From: Octopus vulgaris
Lineage: Eukaryota
DNA length: 64,000 nt
Direction of reading: 5' to 3'
NCBI GenBank assembly: GCA_951406725.2
Contig: OX597817.1
Coordinates: 64,046,001-64,110,000 of the forward strand
How positions within the stretch are numbered: position 1 is the stretch's first letter; every line of letters begins with the position of its first letter. The notes under the pieces are model-generated. The model ran no database searches. It was not told the DNA's origin and worked only from the letters and a program-made list of their open reading frames with translations. Positions 25,427 through 38,700 of the stretch are shown here, piece by piece. Both the position numbers and the translations under genes were made by a program.

Positions 25427-25723
25427 TAAGGGGAACTCAAAAATTATTAAAACTTTCACCAAAACTTTCTTTGGGTTGACCACACTGCCTTCAGCACTCT
25501 CATGCTAAAAGGTGGTAGTCTTGTGGCTTTGTAACAAAGGTTTGACCTTGACCACTACAGAGTAAACATGGTTGCTCTACTGGTAATGTGTACCAAGGAA
25601 GAATTGAAACCAGTTAGCTGATTCCGCAAGTCTAATGGTGTGTCAAGGACTGAAATTTATCACGGGTTTCCAGTACAATACAGGGACAGTAGTCTACTAC
25701 GTAAAAGTGTGTATGAGTGGATA
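25427..25723 (+). pseudogene. Mariner transposase N-terminal remnant
   Basis: 25568-25723 reads MVALLVMCTKEELKPVS*FRKSNGVSRTEIYHGFPVQYRDSSLLRKSVYEWI, resembling the mariner first HTH. A TIR-like sequence lies at ~25427. Confidence 0.65.
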
Positions 25724-27629
25724 TTTATAATTTTACAGCTAGATTTTCTTCCTGTTACTAATCCTTAGCTATTTTGGAAGTAAAGGATTTTTTAAATTCT
25801 GCTTGTCTTTGAAAGAGCAGATATGCTAATTTGTTAGCAGGGAGTGCCAATATAACATCACTGTTTTGCTCAAACACTTACATGCTAATATGTAGAATAT
25901 AAATATTCACAAAACTGCACTCACAAACACAAACTGGTAAGGGTTGGATGGTGTGACAGGATCTGATGGATCCAAGGACTAACACTGAGCTCCTGTGTTT
26001 GCTTTGACATAGTTTCTATGGCTGAATATATTCGATGTAATGGCTGTAGAAAATCTGCCTCAACAAATTTCACTTGGCCCATGGAGAAATGGTAAAGTGG
26101 ACATTAAATTATAATGAACCTATACACAGGATGCCACCTGGCTAACTTAATCTCATTTTGTTCTCATATTCAACAGAACATTTACTATTCAGAACAATTA
26201 TGTAATATTTCTAACAGATAGCATTTATGACACACATGTGTGTATGTGTGTGTTTGAATTAGGTGTATTTTAGAGTATGGTATGTGCATGTGTTTGTGTA
26301 TCACTGCATGTCTGTATGCTTAAGTCGCTGTGTTTGTGTCTGTATGTGTGATTTAGAAATTTACTAAATGAAAAACTGAAAAGCAGTAAAGTAATAAATG
26401 TAGAAATGTTAAACATCTCCACCTTAAATCTGCCAACTTGTGGAAATGCCAAATACATAAAAATGTTTATAAACATAGATTATTAACCTAATTCTTTCCT
26501 TTAAAAATACTTTTAACGACATTAGAGAGACTAACTGCAAAGATTTTTTCTTCTAATTAGAGACAGGATCATTTCGAGAGAAGACCAGACTTGTATTTCT
26601 ACCATACTGCTTGTTTTAATGCGTTATCTCTAAGCCATTTTTGGATGTCGTTTGTAGTTGTAGTAATAAAGAAGTTGAAGGCAGTGAGCTGGCAGAATCA
26701 TTAGAACATGGGGTAAAAATGTTTAGCAACATTTCATTCATCTTTACATTCTGAGTTCAAATTCTGCCGAGGTCAACTTTGCATCTCATCCTTTTGGGAT
26801 TGATAAAATAAGCACCAGTTGAGCACTGCGATTGATGTAATCAACTTGCTCCCACTCCTAAAACTGCTGGCCTTGTACCAAAATTTGAAACCAATAATAA
26901 AAAAGTATCTATGTAGTAAGCAATAGTAGCAACTTTCCCTCGATCTATCCCATATCACCTTAAAAGGAGAAAATATATAATGTAGTTCTGGATACATGAG
27001 CTAAAAATGAAATGGAATGGTCAAAGCTGGAATATCTTCCATCATAGATATTCTACTTAGGGTTAAAAACACTTACACACAAACTTTCATTGCAGCTACC
27101 AAGAACCAAAACTTATTAATTAATATTTAAAATTAATTTGTAACGTATTCACTTTACATATCTGAATGATGTTTTGAATTTAATCTCCTTCCATGTTCAA
27201 AGCATCATTACTTCTCCTGGATGATCGTAGTCATCCAGGTCATACCAAAAATTCAAAATTGGTTCATCTTGGGAACTACAATATGATGATGATCTCATTC
27301 TTATAGCATAATCTGTAGTAGAATTAGAAAAGAAATTCCAGGTGTGAAAGTAAAACCTGGAATCAAAGGGTCTTGAAGTTAACTTAGCAAAGGCTAAAGT
27401 TCTAGTAAGTAGGAAGACAGACATAAGTCCACTCCCTGCTCAATATGTAGCAAAGGTGTAGATTGGCTGCATGGTAAGAAATTTGCTTCCCAACCACATG
27501 ATCCAGGTTCAATCCCACTGCATGGCACCTTGGGCAAATGTTTTCTACTATAGCCTCAGGCCGACCAGAGCTTTGTGAGTGGATTTGGTAGATGGAAACT
27601 GAAAGAAGCTCGTCATATATATATATATA

Positions 27630-28140
27630 TCATCATCATTTAGCGTCCGTTTTCCATGCTAGCATGGGTTGGACGGTTTAACTGGGGTCTGTGAAGCCGG
27701 AAGGCTTCATCAGGCCCAGTCAGATTTGGCAGTGTTTCTACGGCTGGATGCCCTTCCTAACGCCAACCACTCCGCGAGTGTAGTGGGTGTTTTTTACGTG
27801 CCACCTGCACAGGTGCCAGACAGAGCTGGCACAACGGCCACGAACGGATGGTGCTTTTACGTGTCACCGGCACGGGGCCAGGCGATGCTGGCAACGGACA
27901 TGAACGGATGGTGCTTTTACGTGCCACCGATACGGGGCCAGACAGAGCTGGCAAACGGCCACGAACGGACGGTGCTTTTACGTGTCATTCATTCATCCAC
28001 GTGTCACCGGCACGGGGCCAGGCGATGCTGGCAACGGACACGAACAGATGGTGCTTTTACGTGCCACCGACACGGGGCCAGACAGAGCTGGCAAACGGCC
28101 ACGAACGGACGGTGCTTTTACATGTTTTTGATTCATCCAC
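27630..28140 (-). mobile_element. Young RTE-related 3' tail with alternating ~60-bp tandem units, inserted in the (TA)n of a family A SINE
   Basis: CpG-rich copy of the (GAT)n-tailed repeat, with units GGTGCTTTTACGTG.CACCG.CACGGGGCCAG. Confidence 0.8.
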
Positions 28141-29858
28141 GGTAGTGGTTGAACATATTCTTAAGTCCACTATTTCATCAATCGCAGCATATTCTAAGCT
28201 TCATAACTAATTCAGTTCTCAACTAAATTGCAAATTGTTTTAAAGAGGACACCTTCTTAGCTACACTTTGGCATAAATAGTTTGAGATTTGGTTCAGTAG
28301 AAAAAAAGTTACAAGCAGTAGAGCAGAAATGCATCTTCAATTAACATAATTTTTTCAATTTTAAATTAAAGGTATACCTTTCTTAAGTTTAAATGATAGA
28401 AAATGCATGGGGAATTCAGAATTACTAGTTGCATTGAACAAAAATTAGTAGAAAAAGAGTTATGAGGTAAAATGTTACAAAATTTAATGACAGGAAATAA
28501 GGGAGTAACACTTAAGCAATAAGAATAAAGAATATATTTCTAAAATGAATGTTTACATTTTAAGTTGGCAAACTGGCAGAAGCGTTAGCGCACGAGGCGA
28601 AATGCTTAATGGCATTTCGTCTGTCTTTACAGTTTGAGTTCAAATTTCGCCAAAGTTGACTTTGACATACATATTAATTTTTTTTTAACGAAACACTTTC
28701 AAACTTCCGATACTGGTAGAATGTGTCACATAGAACAGGGTTTACTCTTAACATTTTTGATAAAATTTAGTATTTTAGAAGCGGTATTTTGTCTGTCTTT
28801 ACGTTCTGAGTTCAAATTCCGCCAAGGTCGACTTTGCCTTTCATCTATTTCAGATCTATTCAATTAAACGTACAGCTTAATTAATTTTTTAACTAAATAT
28901 TTTCAAACTTCTGATACTGGTAGAATGTGTCACATAGAACAGGGTTTACTCTTAATGTTTTTGACAAAATTTTGTATCTTAGAAGTTATTTCGTCAGAAG
29001 TTACAGAGTAACAATGGACAAATTTGTGTTTGATAAGTGCCAATACATGAAACTCTCAGCTTTTGACTTACTCTCTAACTTCTGCCGATGATATATACAC
29101 ATATTACACATATGTGTAAAAAAATCTCATCACGCAATCAAACCAATGAAAGAGCCTCTACTTGGTCGCTTGACATGCTAAAAATAGCAACCAAAATATC
29201 CCCCTACCTAAATCACACGCCCATTGTATGTAATGTCCTAGATTATCCCTAAAAAGACGGTTTGCTGAAAGCTGGAATGTCTTTGATGATAGGTTTGCAG
29301 TATCAGGGTTGATTTGAGGATAAATAACAACAACATTATGGTAAATTTCTATATTAATGCCCTCACAATTTTCACTAAGAAAAAAAACAAAAATTTTGAT
29401 TTTTTGCATGGAATCAAGTACCTTGACTTCCTAATATGCAACAAATCCCTTATTTTGGTTTGGAAAAAATGAGGTGGGGACCCCCCACCAATCTCGGAAT
29501 CATTGGAAATTTTTTTTCGTTGAATGAATTCCTGTGACCTCCTAATATTGCAAAATTGGGTTACTTAAGGTGAGCCTGGTAACTGATGGTTTTGGGGTCT
29601 TGTTGTTTGTAACTTTTGGTGAGCCATGGTGCAACCAACAACATGGTAAAAATCCCTGCCATTAATTTGGTGTGGATGGGTAATACCAAATAATTCAATC
29701 ACAACATATATTTAAATTAAACACGTAAAAAATTGAAATATTATCATCACTTACATGGCAAAATTGAAATATTATCTTTCAGTATTTTATAAGGTAAAAT
29801 CTTAAATTATTGACACATTATTAATTATAACAGCAATGCCTGGAAAAATCATGGCCTA

Positions 29859-30467
29859 CATGGAAAAATGCAAACATGAAAAGTAATATTCTTAAGATTA
29901 TAAACCTAGAAAAGTACAGGACAAGTTATTACACCTGTAAAAGTACAGGACAAGCTATTACTTCTAGTAAAGTAAAGAATAAGAAACTTTTTACTTAAAA
30001 TATTGCAGCTAAAATTAAAATTTGAATATTAAAACTTATTTTATTATAGTTTACAAATAACAGTATACTTATTTACATAGAATTTGGCTAATTTACTACC
30101 TTAAATACAGAAAAAAGTGACTAATTAGACAAACTTATAAATTAGCTGAACAGTTTTGTAAAATAAATTTAAAAGATGAGAACTATTAATGTATTGTGTT
30201 ATTCTTTTACTATTTTTAAACTGACTGTAGTATATATGTTTTTAGAATATTAAGTAATAATAGTTGAACATTATATACATATGTGTACATACATATACAT
30301 ATAACTGGCATGCTTTGCTGCAATATTTTAAGTAAAAAGTTTCTTATTCTTTACTTTACTAGAAGTAACAGCTTGTCCTATACTTTTACATGTGTAATAA
30401 CTTGTCCTGTACTTTTCCAGGTTTATAATCTTAAGAATATTACCTTTCATGCTTGCATTTTTCCATG
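29859..30467. mobile_element. Non-autonomous TIR element with ~150-bp inverted arms and TA flanks
   Basis: 29859-30009 is the reverse complement of 30317-30467 with few mismatches: TA|CATGGAAAAATGC..GCATTTTTCCATG|TA. Confidence 0.8.
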
Positions 30468-31757
30468 TAATATTTATACGTGGGTCTTTATGTCTGTGTT
30501 TGTCTCCCCACATCGCTTAACAACTGATGTTGGTGTGTTTATGTCCCCATAACCTAGTGGTTCAACAAAAGAGACCGATAGAATAAGTACTAGGCTTACA
30601 AAGAATAAGTCCTGGGGTCAATTACTTCAACTAAGACCCTTTAGGGCAGTGATCCAGCATGGCTGCAGTCAAATGACTGAAACACGTAAAAGAATAAAAG
30701 AACGGAAATTCCATATAGTGTACCTAGTGCAAGCTATAGACACACAAGAGATGCAGTGGAGTCACAGGAAGGTTAATAGAGAAAGCAGACTTTGTTGTGT
30801 GGCAGATGTGCAGGAGCAATAAACACTAAGAACATACAGGAAATAATAGAAGGCATTTACTCAAGGTGCCATACAGTGGGACTGAACCCAAAACTACATA
30901 GTCAAGAAGAGAACTTCTTAACTAAATAGTCAAATACTTATTTATATGCACTTATTTATATACTTAGAGATACTTATTTATATATTTATACTTATTCATA
31001 TATTTATACTTATTTATATATTTAGAGAAGCTGATGATTCACTGTCACCACTCAGCATATTTGAGGTAATTGTTCAATGAAAAAGAACTGTTTTATTGTC
31101 TGAAAAATTGCACATAGAGGTAAAAATGAAAAAAAAATTGCTTTGATCAGGGTAAATAAAACTTCTTTGGACAAGTTTAGAAAGTTTAAAGAGACTGAAG
31201 TAAACCAAGGGTGAAATGTTTTATTAGAAAACTTTAAAATGATATTACTGAGAAGTTGTTTAAACCCTTTCTGACTCATGTTCACTGGGTAAATAGTAAT
31301 AATTTATGCAGGACCTAACAACTGTTAATATATGCTGAATCATAATGCATATGCAGCTATACAAACACAATCAGTACAATGTAATTATATACATATATAT
31401 TGTACACATACCTACAAATATAAGTATACGTATTTACACATATATACTCATACATAGACACAAAATAAATATATATCATGCCAGCATGAACAATGGATGT
31501 TAAATGACGATGATTATATATATATATATATATATACAAGGAGGTGCTGAAAAGTTCCTGGCTCTGAGGATATTGCAAAAGGTCCAGTTGGAGACCCAAC
31601 CTACCGAGTTCTTTTACGGGGCTTAAAAAGACTGAAGGGCAGTTGCAATAAGTATGTGAACCTAAGAGGGGAATATGTTGAATAAAATCATAACTAACTG
31701 ATCCTCCTGTATTTTCTTTTACCCAAACTTTGTATGTATGTATATGTGTGTAATATA

Positions 31758-31844
<87 letters not shown>

Positions 31845-33062
31845 TACATGGCTTAGTGGTTAGGGTGTAGCAGTCACAATTGCAAGATTGTGAGTTCAAT
31901 TCCCAGACTGAGCGTTGCGTTGTGTTCCAATAATAATAATGTATATGACTTGAGATGTTTGCCATGCCTTAACATTTGTTGTCCTCTTCAACAATTATAT
32001 ATCCACTATATCAGAGATCTGCAATGGCTCCATAACTACCATCTCGGCTACAACCTTGGAGCCCTAGTAATCCGTTATAGCACTTACCTAGTGTAACTAA
32101 TCGTTTAGATCACCTGTGAACTAAACCCCCATACTTTTATATATATATATATATATATATTTTACAATTAATCATATCAGAAAGGTGTTTTAAATTTAAT
32201 GTCCTTCCATGTTTGAGTGAAAAGGGAGTTCAGGAGAGAGGGAAAGGTGAGTAGCCGACAGATAGAGGGGAAGGGGGAATGCAATGAATGAACATGGACA
32301 TCCAGGGGAGCAGCAAGATAACAATGATACAGTTGGCAAGGAGTAGACAGGATATAGAAGATGTGTGTGTGTATATAAAGGCAGATAAACAAAAGTAGGC
32401 GTAAGGTATGTGTTTATATGGAAAGTTGCATATACAAATAGATAAGAGAATGATGTGTATACAAGGGGTATGTGAGTATCGTTGTCATTGTCATCGCCTG
32501 ATGTCCATTTTCTATGCAACCAGGGGTTGGATGGCTTGACAGGAGGTGGCAAGGCCAAGGGCCATACCAGGTGCCATAGACTGTTTTTGGCTTGGTTTCT
32601 ACAGCTGGTACCCTTCCTAAAACTAATCACTGTATAGAATGCACTAGGTTCTTTTTACATAGCACCAGCACCAGTGTGTATGTGTGTAGATATTTGTCTA
32701 ACCCATGCCAGCATATCCCACCCAAAAATAAAAGTATTTTTAAAAAAACAAACAATATCAACTAGATTATGGCTCAAGTGGCCACTCTCAGCTTCCATCA
32801 TGGCCTCATAACAGCTCTGGAGCCTGATGCATGCATTCCTCACTGTGTCCCTGGGAAGAACTTCAAAAACCTCCTAGATCTTTGCCTTGGTGTTGCAAGC
32901 AGAGCGGTCAGTATCTTTCTCAACTGCACCGCACACATGGAATTACAATAGGGAGAATTAAAAGACCGGCAATTGGGGGTGATGACATCATAGAAATTCT
33001 CCAACAGCCACTTCTGACATTTTCCAAAGGTATAACAAGGAGCCATATCCTGCTGTCACATA

Positions 33063-33918
33063 CAAGGTGGTATCAAAAAGTTCTGACTAGTTTTATAGCA
33101 TGCTAACAGATGGCAGCACACGGTTGCATGTTTAGTGAGAGCTAGCAGTGACCTTTATGAAGCAGTGTGTAAAGTAAAATTTGTGTTTTTGGGAGCATGT
33201 GTTTGCTGTAGTCTGTGATTTTGTCATGGCCTGCAAGTTGGAACAAAGAGCCAATGTGAAATTTTACGTTAAACTTGGGAAGTCTGCTACAGAGACATTG
33301 AACATGCAAAGGGTCATATACGATGTTTCGAGTGGCACAGATGCTTCAAAAGTGGAAGAACATCCCTGGAAGACAATGAGTGATCTGGAAGACCTGCCAT
33401 GAACGTCACCCCAGAAATGTGGAGAAAATTCATCAGCTTGTGCATGAGGATTGTCAGGACAATCAACGACATTGCTGATGTTGTTGGTGTCGTATGGGTC
33501 CATGTAGGCCATTCTAGTGTCTGGATTCTTCACGATAACAATGCACCCCATTAACAAGCTCTTCTCACTTTGTGAGTTTCTCGCCGAAAAGAATGTGGTA
33601 TTACTTCTGCACCCACCTTATTCACCAGATTTAGCACCTGCAGACGTCCATCTCTTTCCCAAGATGAAAATGCAGCTCAAAGGTCACTCTTTTAACACCT
33701 TGTCAAGATCAAGAGCAAATTGCAGAAAGTCCTTGACTCACAGGAAACAACTTCCAGACTTGACTCCAAAAGTGGCAGTAAATGACTTGTGTATTGCTGC
33801 ACAAGATAACTATTTCAAAGGAGAGGATGTTAAAACTTAAGTAAATAAGTTATTTTTAATTAAACATAACTAGTCCAGCAACTTTCTAAACATAACTAGT
33901 CCAGCAAATATCACCTCG
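33063..33918 (+). mobile_element. Internally deleted mariner transposon with transposase pseudogene
   Basis: TA flanks. Translations include MACKLEQRANVKFYVKLGKSATETL (HTH) and LLHPPYSPDLAPADVHLFPKMKMQLKG (YSPDLAP motif). Multiple frameshifts. Confidence 0.9.
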
Positions 33919-34777
33919 TATATGGCCTACCTGCAGCAAGCCTATCCAGCCAGGGTTTGGCCAGATTCCAGCAGCTTCACATAACCATCTGAAATGAGCC
34001 CAAGGCTCTGTTCATCAGTTGTTAGATGAATTTCAGCAAGCAGACACAATCAGAAGGGCTACTGTGTCCCTTCCTGCTGGCCAAGGCTTTGTAGTCTCCA
34101 CTGCAGCTGTCCATGTCGTGTCTTGTAGCCTTTACAGTGTTTATAGAGTACTGAGCAGCAGTCATGATGTCGGCATTTTGACATCTATCACAAATCACCA
34201 TGATACCAGGTAATTCTTTTCCAATATACGGATGGCTTCCAATCCTCCATATCACCTAACTTTTTCTCAGCTACAACTATGCTCTCCAACACTGTTGACT
34301 GTTCACCAATACATCAAGCTGTTCCTGAGAAGAGGCATACAAATTTAACCCAAACACTGTGTGTGTGTGTGTGCGTGCACATGCATACACACACACACAC
34401 ACATTTCCCAATATATTTTTATATTCTTGAGCAGTATAAATATAAAACCACTTACGTTTATATATTTGTTTTGCAAGATTTTTGATGTGAAATCGTGTGT
34501 TGAAACAGATATTGTTGAATTTAGGAATGATCAAGGAAGGGTCCACTAAGTTACAGGATCATAAACAACCCAGCACCAGTTGTCAACTGGTGATAGGGAC
34601 AAACACAGACTCACACACATATATTTAGTAAGAGGAGGGATATAATATCCAGGTAGAAACCGAATTTCTCTACATAAAATGCTAAGGTTGGTTCCTTCAG
34701 ATGGTACGTTTTATAGTAAATTTCTTTTAACTCCCATCTGATGTTACAGTTTATTTCTTTATATCTATATAATGTCA

Positions 34778-35647
34778 GTTGGATGTGTAATGTCTGTGTG
34801 CATACTCAGCAGAGTGTAAGTACCTTGAGAGAAAAGTTGGACCTAAGAAGTATCAGATGTGGTGTGCAAGACAGATGACTGCGCTGGTATGGTCATATGG
34901 CGAGAATGGATCAGGATAGCTGTGTGAAAAGTGCCACACCCTAGCAGTTGAAAGAACCTGTGGAAGAGGTAGACCCAGGAAGATCTGGGATGAAGTGGTG
35001 AAGCATGACCTTCAAACATTAGGCTTCACTGAGGCAATGACTAGTGACCGAGACTTTTGGAAATATGCTGTGCTTGAAAAGACCCAGCAACCCAAGTGAG
35101 ACCATAACCTCATGGGCTATGACAGCCCACTTATGCGTACCTTTTCTTCATTGGACACTAAACTCTGCTTGGCAACCTGTTGAGGCAAGCGAAATTGAAA
35201 TCAAATTTGAGGACTGGCATTCATGCTAGTGGAGTGCTAAGAGTACCATCCAAGCATGATTGTTGCCAGAGCAGCTAACTGGCTTCCGTGCCGGTGGCAC
35301 ATTAAAAAGTACCATTCGAGCACGATCATTACCAGCATCGCCTTACTGGCACATGAAAAAACATTCGAGTGAGGTCATTGCCAGTGCCACTGAACTGGCT
35401 CCTGTGCAGGTGGCACATAAAAAACACCATTTGAGAGTGGTTGTTGTCAGCGCCGCCTGACTGGCCCTCATGCCGGTGGCACATAAAAGCACCCACTACA
35501 CTCTTGGAGTGGTTGGCATTAGGAAGGGCATCCAGCTGTAGAAACTCTGCCAAATCAGATTGGAGCCTGGTGCAGCCATCTGGTTCGCCATCCTCAGTTA
35601 AATCGTCCAACATGGAAAGCCAACGTTAAACGATGATGATGATGATG

Positions 35648-35648
<1 letters not shown>
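34778..35648 (+). mobile_element. 5'-truncated RTE-clade LINE (ORF C-terminus, 3'UTR, (GAT)n tail)
   Basis: Encodes LREKL..LRWYGH..RGRPRKIWDEVV, typical of RTE. The 3'UTR tandem units and tail are shared with many short copies in the window. Confidence 0.85.
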
Positions 35649-35680
<32 letters not shown>

Positions 35681-35691
35681 TATATATATAT

Positions 35692-35920
35692 ACTTTGTTA
35701 TTAAAGCTGCAAAAACATCACAAAAATTGCTACTCAGAGTTTCATATTCCCGTTTGTCAAAGTTTTGATTTTAAAACTGTCCAACAAACGATACCATAAA
35801 ACACTGAGTACCAGTTTTTTGTGATATTTTTGCACCTTTAATAATAAAGCATATTACTGTACCTCTGGCATTTGAATACTATTTTTCACCTTGTTTCACA
35901 TTTATGTGCTTACTCTGATG
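35692..35920. mobile_element. Penelope-like inverted terminal-repeat unit with two degenerate hammerhead motifs
   Basis: Imperfect palindrome 35692-35848 homologous to the 40980-41135 element. Flanked by (TA)n/(TG)n. Confidence 0.6.
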
Positions 35921-38102
35921 TGTGTGTGTATATATATGTATATACATACATACAAGCAATGGGCTTCTTTCAGTTTCCATGTACCAAATCCATTCGCAAG
36001 GCTTTGAACCCAAAGCCATATGGTTAGAAAGCAAACTTTTTACCACACAGCTATGCCTCGTATAAGTGTTTCTGCAAAAAATACTTGATACAGTCTTGAT
36101 ATTTCACGAAATATTTCCTTAAAAGTTATTAACTATTAATTTTTTTTTTTTTTTTTTTTACTTAATAACCGTTTTAAAAAATTCTTTGGAAAACAGAATT
36201 CCACAAGCCTTTTGGAGAGAAGTTTTCATTTTGTGTATGCATTCAAAATATACACTATATATTATTATGCACACATATACTATCGTCCCACTTCTCAAGA
36301 AATATTCTTTCCGCCCCAAAAATGTGAAGAATTACATTTCTGCGATGCTAAATTAAATAGTAAGACTATATGTGTATGTAAATATAATCTGATGTTAATT
36401 CAATCAAGAAGTAAATACTTCGTGAAGTTTTCAGTATTGAATAAAATATTCTAAACAACTCTACTTTCTGTATCGAATGACCAACACTGAAAGTAAAAAT
36501 AATTAATTATATACACTGGAGTGCATTAAACATAATCATTCCCTTGTAGTATTGATAATGTTCAGCACAGCTGGGGAAAGGGTAGTTAATTGATAACATC
36601 GACCCCCAGTACTTGACGTTAAAGAATGAAAGACAAAGTTGAGTTTGGTGGGATTTGAACTCAGAATATAACAAGTCGGAAGAAGTGCAGCTAAGGATTG
36701 TAACTAATAAGTTGCGTCTGTCTGTCTGCGCGAGCGCGTGTGTGTGTGGAGAGAGAGAGAGAGAGAGATGGGGATCTGTAAGTAAAGCAAGGGTCGAGAG
36801 TTTTGTAGATGACACTGATATAATTTGAACTACTTCTCAAGAAATATTTTATCACACCCTAAAAATATTGAGGGATTAGATTTTTAAACCAGCTTCTGTA
36901 AACTTTACAAAATAAAATTAATAAGAGAAATTAAAAATAACGGAAAACAGATGTGACTACATTATTCCGCCCCCCCCCCCAAGAAGTAGTAGAATTATGA
37001 AAACAATTAATTTGAGTCATATTTTTAATGAAAGAGGCAATAAGCAGTCTCAGCGAACACTGCAGGTTCACCACCTTCGCACTGAAGGTGTCCGCACATA
37101 GGTGCACTTACTGAATGTGATTACGGGAGCTCACATTTCTAGCCAGCCTGTAAGAAATAGCAGCCAAATCTCCATCACACCTTACTGTCTTTCAAAAAAG
37201 AGAAAGAAATTAGACGTCATCCTGGAAACAATATGTTTTCCAAACATAGTGTACCCAAATGAGGGATGATCTTCCATAACAATTCCATTCATATCGGAGA
37301 TGCATTATAAGACTATAAATGAACCCTAGTGCGTGACAGGTACTTAACTCTGGACAAAAGCAGTTTTCGCTATCATAATTCCATTCACATAGTGAAAACA
37401 ATATAGGAATATAAATCAACTCAGTAGTTAACTGGTACTGTATCAACCCCGAAAGGATGAAGGGCAAGGTTGACCTCCATGAAACAAATTCCGATGCTCC
37501 AACGATTCTGCCAATACAACAAGATAATCATGTTAAGAACTTTGATTATGTCTGTTTGGGGGTGCTGATTTGGAACGTGGATTTTTTTTTTTTATTTACG
37601 GGTAAATAGAATACAACATCCATGCATTTCAATAAATGTGTTTTCTTAAACTGTGTGAAACTGTTCGAACCGGGAAAATCATAGACTATTATTTGAATGG
37701 TTTGTTTTTCAAACATATATATATATATATATATATCAAAAATTTTTCAAACATATATATTTTTTCAAACACACACACATATATAACCGATTCTTAAACC
37801 TCTCCGACTCTTTTATTTTTGTATACGTGTCCTTGTAATGTCCTCTCATCCATCACCTTTGTGGCAATAAAAAAATATTACTTAATTACTACCCTTTCTT
37901 TAGATTCCGAGTTCAAATCCTGTAGAGGTCAACTTAGCCTTTCTGGAGTAAATAAAGTAACAGTCAAGTGCACGGGGCGATTTAATTGACTATACTCTCC
38001 CACAAAATGTGTGGCTTTGTGCCAATATTAGAAATTGTTGTGATTTTGTTGGGGAAGTAGGGATTAACTGCGAAAATATGAAAGAAAGAAAGAAATACTA
38101 AC

Positions 38103-38700
38103 CAGGACTCCCAACAACACTGTCATAATGACAGTTGACTAAAACACTGTGTTTACTCGCATCCTTGAACTCGGTGACTGGGTCAAGTTTCACCACGATA
38201 TTCTTGATGTTTCTGTAGACAGTGAGAAAGTTGCTTTTCAGGTGCAAAGAAAACTGACCGCTAACATTCTGCTCGTCAATTTGTATAGCATGGAGATTGG
38301 CCAAAGACTGCTGCTGGATCTTTTGCAGTTCGTTCAGGATGTAATGTTTGACCAGGTTCTCGTTAGCGTAGCTTCCCACGGGCCGCTGGCCAAGGCCGGT
38401 AATAGCATCCAGGTGTTTGCGAGCAGTCTCCTCCTCGAATACATCGCTCTGACTGCTAGATGTTTTCTTGGGCAGAGGTAAAGTAGTTGTACGATGAATA
38501 ACAAACAAAAACAGACTGACGTGAAAGACAACTACAACAGTCCATAATACGCTGCCAGGAATGTTTTTGAGTTGGTTTTGCTTTGGGATTTTTTGAGACG
38601 ATATTGAAGAGGCATCGTTGTTGCTGGTCTTTGTATCGGGACGAGATGGTGTCGACAAAAAGTCGGTGTCCGCAAGACGACGCTGACGGACAGAATCCAT
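38103..38700 (-). CDS. ERMP1: ER metallopeptidase 1 homologue, first coding exon (cytosolic N-terminus, TM helix, start of M28 peptidase domain)
   Basis: ORF 38098-38700 reads MDSVRQRR.., a hydrophobic segment SVLWTVVVVFHVSLFLFVI, then FEEETARKHLDAITGLGQRPVGSYANE, YRNIKNIVVKL and VLVNCHYDSVVGSPG, all typical of ERMP1. It ends at CCT G|GTTAGT. Confidence 0.95.

Larger units (their letters stand above)
1377..38102 (-). other. ~36.7 kb GT-AG intron of ERMP1
   Basis: Donor GTTAGT at 38102 and acceptor TAG at 1377. The joined exons read continuously HYDSVVGSP-G-AGDD, leaving no room for a missing coding exon. Confidence 0.88.

Noticed and set aside
27790-28140. Regularly spaced repeats resembling a CRISPR array
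   Set aside because: The spacers are themselves repeated, there are no cas genes, and the context is a eukaryotic RTE 3'UTR.
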